From: the human T2T-CHM13v2.0 reference genome, Homo sapiens
NCBI RefSeq assembly: GCF_009914755.1
Contig: NC_060937.1
DNA: 64,000 nucleotides
Strand: one strand, 5' to 3'
A program made the position numbers and the translations under genes. Within the stretch, counting starts at the first letter, position 1. The number at the start of each line of letters is the position of its first letter. The notes below the pieces were generated by a model. It saw only the letters and a program-made list of their open reading frames with translations. It made no database searches and had not been told where the DNA came from. Below are positions 56,912 through 64,000 of the stretch, piece after piece.

Positions 56912-57091
56912 TTTTTTTTTTTTTTTAATTTTCTATTTCCATAGGTTTTGGGAAACAAGTGGTGTTTGGTTGCACGAGTAAGTTCTTTAGTGGTGATCTG
57001 TGAGATTTTGGTGCACCCATCACCCGAGCAGTATACACTGCACCCAATTTGTAGTCTTTTATCCCTCACTCCCTTCCCACCCTTTCCCTCC
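56912..57091 (-). mobile_element. Severely 5'-truncated L1PB-type 3' end with TSD
   Basis: Poly(T) plus taagttctttagtggtgat...ggtgcacccatcacccgagcagt; TSD AAG(A/G)GAATTTCTT at 56899-56911 and 57092-57104. Confidence 0.85.
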
Positions 57092-57374
57092 AAGGGAATT
57101 TCTTGGAGCCTGCACTACTGCACAGAGGATTGCGAGTGTGGAAGGGAGATGAGTATGCAGAGCTGGTGTGGAAGGAGGTGGCACTCTGAACTCAGCCACC
57201 TCCCATCACCTCAAGTTTAGAACAAACTTTGCAGGTCCCCGCCCGACTCCGGGGGCTGCTGCAGGGAATCGGAGGGTGGATAGACCAGGGGTCCTCAAGT
57301 TTCAGTGCACAGCAGAAACACCGCGGGGCTTTGGAAATCCTCATGCCCATATCAATCCACATTAAAACTCCTGC

Positions 57375-57826
<452 letters not shown>

Positions 57827-59892
57827 CTACCGTAGCCGGCATCCCTCACCAAGCGTTTGTGTTTTCGGAACTTCTACATTTTTTTTTAGAGGAAATTCAC
57901 ATAATATAAAAGTCACCATTTTAAAGTGTGCAACTTAGTGGCTTCTAGTATATTCACAATATGGTCGTGCGACCATTCCTATGATCTAACTCCAGAAGAT
58001 TTTCATCAGCCTGGAGAGAAACTCCGTACCCATTAAGCAGTCACTCATTCCTCTCTGCCTCCCCAGCCCCAGTCCCTGACAACATTAACTACTTTCTATC
58101 TCTACGCATTTGCCAATTCTGGACATTTCATACGAATGGAATCATACAATATATGGCCTTCTGTGTCTGGCTTACTTCACAGAGCACAATGTTCTCAAGA
58201 TTCACCCACACTGTAGCAAGTATCAGATTTTCATTTTTTTGTTAAGGCTGAATAATATTCCATTGTATGGATATACGTCATTTTATTTATCAGTTCATCA
58301 GTTGATGGACACTGGACCTGTTTTCACTTTTGACTATTATAAATGATGCTGCTATGAATGTTCATAGACAAGTTTTTAGACGAATGCGTGTTTTCATTTC
58401 TTTGGGTATATACCTAGGAGTAGAACTGTTGGGTCACATGTTAAATCCATATTTAATTTTTTTAGAAACTGTCAAACTGCTTTCCAGAGGGGCTGCACCA
58501 TTCTGTGTTTCTAACCAGCAACGATGCAGTTCCCAATTTCTCCAAATCCTTGCCAACACCTGTTATTTTCTGGCTGCTGGTTTGTTTTTGTTAACAAACC
58601 TAATGGCTGTGAAGTGGTATTTAATTGTAGTTTTGATTTGCATTTCGCTATAATAATAATCTTTTCCTGTGCTTATTGTCCATTTTTGTATCTTCTTTGG
58701 AGAAATATCTTCTCAAACCCTTTTTAAACTGGGTGATTTTTCTTGTTGAGTTGTGATAGTTCTTTATGTATTTGGGATGGGATACTAGACCATTATCAGG
58801 TAAGTGATTTGGAAATACTTTTCTCCCACTCTGTGTTTTTTTCACTTTCTCAAAAGTGCCCTTTAATATACATAGTTTTTATTTTGATAAAGCCTGATAT
58901 ACTTGTTCTCACTGCTCGTGCTTTTGATGACATATCTAAGAAACTGCTGCCAAATCCATGGTCCCAAAGATTTACCACTATATCTTCTTCTAAGTTTTAT
59001 AACTTTGGCCCTTAAATTTAGGTGTCTGATCCATTTTGAGTTAATCTTTACATATGGTGTATGACAGAGATCCCAATGCATTCTTCTACATGCATCCAGT
59101 TGTCCTGTTATCATTTGCTGAATACGCTTTTTATCTCCATTGAGTAATCTTGGCACCTTTATTGAAAATCAATAAAAATGAAGATGTACTTCTGGGCTCT
59201 CGCTTCTAGTCCATTGACCCAGAGGTCTATCATTATGCCAGTATCACATTGTTTTGATTACCTTGCATTGTAGCATGTTTTAAAATCAGAAAATTTGTTC
59301 AACTTTGTTCTTTTACAAGATTGTTTGGCCTCAGGGCCCCTTGTACTTCCCTGTGAATTTGAAGATCAGCTTTTCCATTTCTGCAAAGGCTGTTGGAATT
59401 TTGATAGACATTGCATTGAAAGTGTGGCTCGTGTTGGGGGAGTACTGCCATCTTAACAATATCAAACATTGAAAGTGTGTCTCATGTTGGGGAAGCACTG
59501 CCATCTTAGCAATATCAAATCTTCCATCCATAAGCACAGAATGTCTTTCCATTTATTTAGGCCTTTTTCATTCCTCTCAACAATGATCTATTCTTTTCAG
59601 AGTACAAGTCTTGCACTTCCTTGGTTAAATTTTTTACTATGTATTTAACTTATTTAGATGATATTTTAAATGGAGTTATTTTCTTAATTTCATATTTGGA
59701 TTATTCATTGAAAGTATATGGAAATATAAATGATTTTTGTTATTGAGCTTGTATCCTGCCAATGTGGTGAACTTATACATTAGACAGCTATACATACACC
59801 TCTCTACCTATATATAATCTTTATTATAAAGTATGTGTGGATTCTTTAGTTTTCTATAAATCAGATCAAGTATCTGTGAACAGAAATGGCTT

Positions 59893-60184
59893 TACTTTTT
59901 TTTGGAGACATGGTCTCACTCTGTCACCCAGAGTGCAGTGGTACAATCATAGTTCACTGCAGCCTCAACCTCTTGGGCTCAAGTGATCCTCTGACCTCAG
60001 CCTCCCAAGAAGCTAGGACTACAGGTGTGCACCACTACACCTGGCTCATTTTTTCTTAATCTTTTGTAGAGAGGAAGGTCTTGCTATGTTGCCCAGACTG
60101 GTCTCAAACTCTGACCGCAAGCCGTGCTCCTGCCTTGGCCTCCCAAAATGCTGGGATTACAGCTGTGAGCCACTGCACCCAGCT
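59893..60184 (-). mobile_element. AluJ-type element
   Basis: tcactgcagcctcaacctcttgggctcaagtgatcctc J-type sequence. Confidence 0.9.
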
Positions 60185-60230
60185 GGTTTTACTTTTTCTT
60201 TTCCAATCTGGCTATCTGGATGCTTTTACC

Positions 60231-60271
<41 letters not shown>

Positions 60272-61249
60272 CCTTGACTAATTATCCTGGCCATAACTTT
60301 CTCAACAATGCTAAAAGGAAGTGGTAAGAGTGAACACCCTTGTCTTGTTCCTGACCTTATGAAGAAAGCATGGAATCTTTAAGTATGATGTTAGCTGTTG
60401 GTGTTTCACAGATGCCCTTTATTAGTTATGTTCCTTTCTATTCCAAGTTTGACTGTTTTATCATAAAAGGGTACTGAATCTCATCAAATGCTTTTTCAGC
60501 ACCAGTTGAGTTGATCATTTTTTCTTTCACTGCCTTAGTAAGATGTCTTACATTGATTGACTTTGATTATATTGAACTACCCTTGCATTCTTGGGATTAA
60601 TTCCACTTGGCCATTGTGTACAATCCTTCTACTATGCTGATGAATTCTGTTTTCCAGTATTTTACTGAGGATTTTTGCATCTATATTCCTAAGAACTACT
60701 GGTATGTAGTTTTTGTGTGTTGTATCATGTTGACTTCATAAAATGAGTTAAGTAGTATTCCATCCTATTCTTTTTTTTTAAGGAATCTGAGAAGGGTTGC
60801 TGTTAATTCTTTAAATAGGATTGCTGTTAATTCTTTAAATATTTGGTAGCACTCACCAGAGAAGCCATCGGCTCCTGCACTTTTCTTTGCTAAAGTTTCC
60901 TGATTAATGATTCAATCTCTTTACCTGTTACAGGTCTATTCAGGTTTTCTATTTCTTTGTGAATCAATTTTGGTAGTCCGTATGCTTCTAGGAACTCTCT
61001 CAAGTTTTATCTATCTAGAAATGTCTTGATTTTGACATCATTTTTGAATGGGAATTCTGTTGGATACAGAATTCTTGAATCATCATGGTTTTGCTTTCCG
61101 CCTTTTGAATGTATTCTCCCCCACCTTGTGGCCTCCACAGTTTCTGATGAGAAATCGGCTATTCATCTTATTGAGGATCCCTTCTGTGTGATGGGTTTTC
61201 CCACCTGCCACTTTGAAGATTTGCTCTGTCTCTCTACAGTTTGGTTATA

Positions 61250-61470
61250 TAGGTTGAGTATCCCTAATCTCAAAATCTGAAATCCAGAATGCTCAAAAAA
61301 TCCAAGCATCTTGGACACCAGCATGACACTGACAGGAAATGTTCATTGCAGTATTTCTGATATCAGATTCTCTGACTGGGGATGCTGAACATAAGTATAA
61401 TGCAAGCATTCCAAAATCCAGACTCCAAAACTTCCGGTCCCAAGCATTTTAGATAAGAGATATTCAACCT
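61250..61470. mobile_element. Tigger4a-like MITE
   Basis: TIRs taggttgagtatccct and agatattcaaccta. Confidence 0.75.
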
Positions 61471-62811
61471 AAATGTGTCTTGCTGTGGTGAGTTTATCCT
61501 ACTTTTGAGAGTTTGCTGAGCTCCTTGAATGTGTAGATTAATGTTTCTCATCAAATTTGGGTCTCTTTGCTCTGTTCATTTTCCTTCCCTCTTTTAACTT
61601 TCTGTTCTCAGACTGGATGGTCTCAATTGACCTAAACTCAAGTTGCTGACTTTCTTCTCCCTGTTCAAATCTGCTGTAGTGCCCCACTAGTGAGTTCATT
61701 CATTTCAGTAATTGTCCTTTTTAACTCCAGAATTTCTATTTGGCTCTTTTTTACAATTTCTATCTCTTTATTGATATTTTGCACTTTTATTATAAAAAGA
61801 AGCATTTTCTTATATAGATATACAATAAATTACTATGAGATGAAAGATTATAAAGCTCACTTATAACTATTTAGAGTTAACCACACACTTGAAAAAAATG
61901 CAATTTTACAACAAAGTTATAATTCCCATTAGGGAAACTAAGGAAAAATTAACCTATAGAAGAAACAAAGAGACAAAATTTCCACATTTTAATTACATAG
62001 TGATCAAACACACAATGTAATTGTCTAAATTACCAAATTCTTAGGGTAAAGATGTTATTAATACTTAGAGTAAATTAAAGAGAACCTCACCAAAACTAAT
62101 CAAAGACTTAAATGGATATTTATAAATGTAGGGTCTAACAGAAAAAACAGATGTCCGAGAACTACAAACAAATCAGAGAAAGCCCACAGACATCTTAGGG
62201 ACAGAAGATATTCAAATTTTATCCAATGTTCTCCTTAAAGTAGCAGCAGATACGCTATACACTTCCTATTGGTCTGATGTAATCTTCACACATACACAAA
62301 ATCACACCAGACAAGCACTATCATACACACATCTGGAAGATGGGGAAGGGAAGGCCCAGAGAGGCGAAGGTATTTGCCCAGGATACAGAGTCATCAGAAC
62401 CTGAAGCCAACAGCCAGACCCAAATCAGACTTCAGAACCTAAGCTCTTGAGCTCAAACCCACAGAGATAAAGTAGTCAGATGAGTTACAATGAGATAAAC
62501 CGGTAGGTGGTATATGCCCACTGGTATTGCAGTACTAAACATAGCAGACCCATGGCAAAGAACACAATATACTTTATGTCAAGAAAGATTAATTTTAGCT
62601 CCATCAATCACAATGCATTTCTGAAAAAACCTACAAGCAAAATTAGTGAAGCAAACAAGAGTATCTCAGGTGTAAAGAGCTATTTGGACAAAATGACTAG
62701 CAAATTTAAAAATTACAAATCATGAACTTCCTAGAGCTCTATCTAATCTCAGACCCTAGGTACGTGCATCAGTAAATATAGAACCTTTAAAATAAAAAAA
62801 AGACAGGGATC

Positions 62812-64000
62812 ATGACATCATTGTAGTAGCCTATCAGCATTTGGGTGGTCTTGGGAAAGGATACCTGGGAATGACGACATCAATGTAGTAGCCTATGAGC
62901 ATTCAGGTGGTCTTGGGAAAGGACACCTGGGAATGAGGATGTCAATGCAGTAGCCTATGAGCATTCAGATGGTCTTGGGAAAGGATACCTGGGAATGATG
63001 ACATCAATGTAGTAGCCTATGAGCCTTCAGGTGGTCTTGGGAAAGGACACCTGGGAATGAGGACGTCAATGTAGTAGCCCTATGAGCATTCAGATGATCT
63101 TGGGAAAGGACACCTGGGAATGAGGATGTCAATATAGTAGCCTATGAGCATTCAGGTGGTCTTGGGAAAGGATACCTGGGAGTGATGACGTCAATGTAGT
63201 AGCCTATGAGCATTCAGGTGGTCTTGGGAAAGGATACCTGGGAGTGATGACGTCAATGTAGTAGCCTATGAGCATTCAGGTGGTCTTGGGAAAGGACACC
63301 TGGGAATGAGGACGTCAATGTAGTAGCCCTATGAGCATTCAGGTGGTCTTGGGAAAGGATACCTGGGAGTGATGACGTCAATGTAGTAGCCTATGAGCAT
63401 TCAGGTGGTCTTGGGAAAGGATACCTGGGAATGAGGACGTCAATGTAGTAGCCTATGAGCATTCAGGTGGTCTTGGGAAAGGACACCTGGGAATGAGGAC
63501 GTCAATATAGTAGCCCTATGAGCATTCAGGTGGTCTTGGGAAAGGATACCTGGGAGTGATGACGTCAATGTAGTAGCCTATGAGCATTCAGGTGGTCTTG
63601 GGAAAGGATACCTGGGAATGAGGACGTCAATGTAGTAGCCTATGAGCATTCAGGTGGTCTTGGGAAAGGATACCTGGGAGTGATGACGTCAATGTAGTAG
63701 CCTATGAGCCTTCAGGTGGTCTTGGGAAAGGATACCTGGGAGTGATGACGTCAATGTAGTAGCCTATGAGCCTTCAGGTGGTCTTGGGAAAGGACACCTG
63801 GGAATGAGGACGTCAATGTAGTAGCCTATGAGCATTCAGGTGGTCTTGGGAAAGGACACCTGGGAATGAGGACGTCAATGTAGTAGCCCTATGAGCATTC
63901 AGATGATCTTGGGAAAGGACACCTGGGAATGAGGATGTCAATATAGTAGCCTATGAGCATTCAGGTGGTCTTGGGAAAGGATACCTGGGAGTGATGACGT
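62812..64000. repeat. 62-63 bp minisatellite, at least 19 copies, running off the window end
   Basis: Unit GACGTCAATGTAGTAGCCTATGAGCATTCAGGTGGTCTTGGGAAAGGA(T/C)ACCTGGGA(G/A)TGA(T/G); 62-bp spacing (63187, 63249). Confidence 0.98.

Larger units (their letters stand above)
57880..61790 (-). mobile_element. L1MB-type element, ~3.9 kb decayed 3' portion, interrupted by an Alu and a Tigger4a
   Basis: 3'UTR motif ttctggacatttcatacgaatggaatcatacaa; ORF fragments ...KINSKWIRHLNLR... and ...KIPTAFAEMEKLIFKF... resemble ORF2p. Confidence 0.85.

Overview
Human (primate) genomic DNA, not prokaryotic. The window holds the 3' half of TUBGCP3 (gamma-tubulin complex component 3, GCP3) on the minus strand. 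I reconstructed 11 coding exons with canonical AG/GT boundaries and consistent phases: 1389 nt, or 462 aa plus stop, running [10 protein letters not shown]...RGRRSSHT*. Numbering them exons 12-22 relies on my recall of the 907-aa, 22-exon gene. A ~1-kb 3'UTR follows. The introns contain many Alus, old L1/L2/MIR fragments, Tigger/MER DNA-transposon fossils, three GC-rich minisatellites (42, 38 and 62 bp units) and a 0.9-kb CAT/CAC tract. Most long ORFs in the supplied track are repeat artefacts, and there is no CRISPR array or prokaryote-type system. The best leads concern RNA processing. (1) A candidate 15-nt in-frame microexon with an SRRM4-type UGC and three downstream RBFOX motifs. (2) Alu-bracketed back-splice circles that share the exon-12 acceptor: one stop-less 972-nt circle, and one 751-nt circle with a junction-specific C-terminus. 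(3) An alternative last exon (VEMCLYCV*) with its own AATAAA. (4) A 62-bp VNTR that forms an array of perfect CRE palindromes. All are sequence-based hypotheses that need RNA or chromatin data. Repeat family names come from recalled consensus sequences, and repeat boundaries are approximate.
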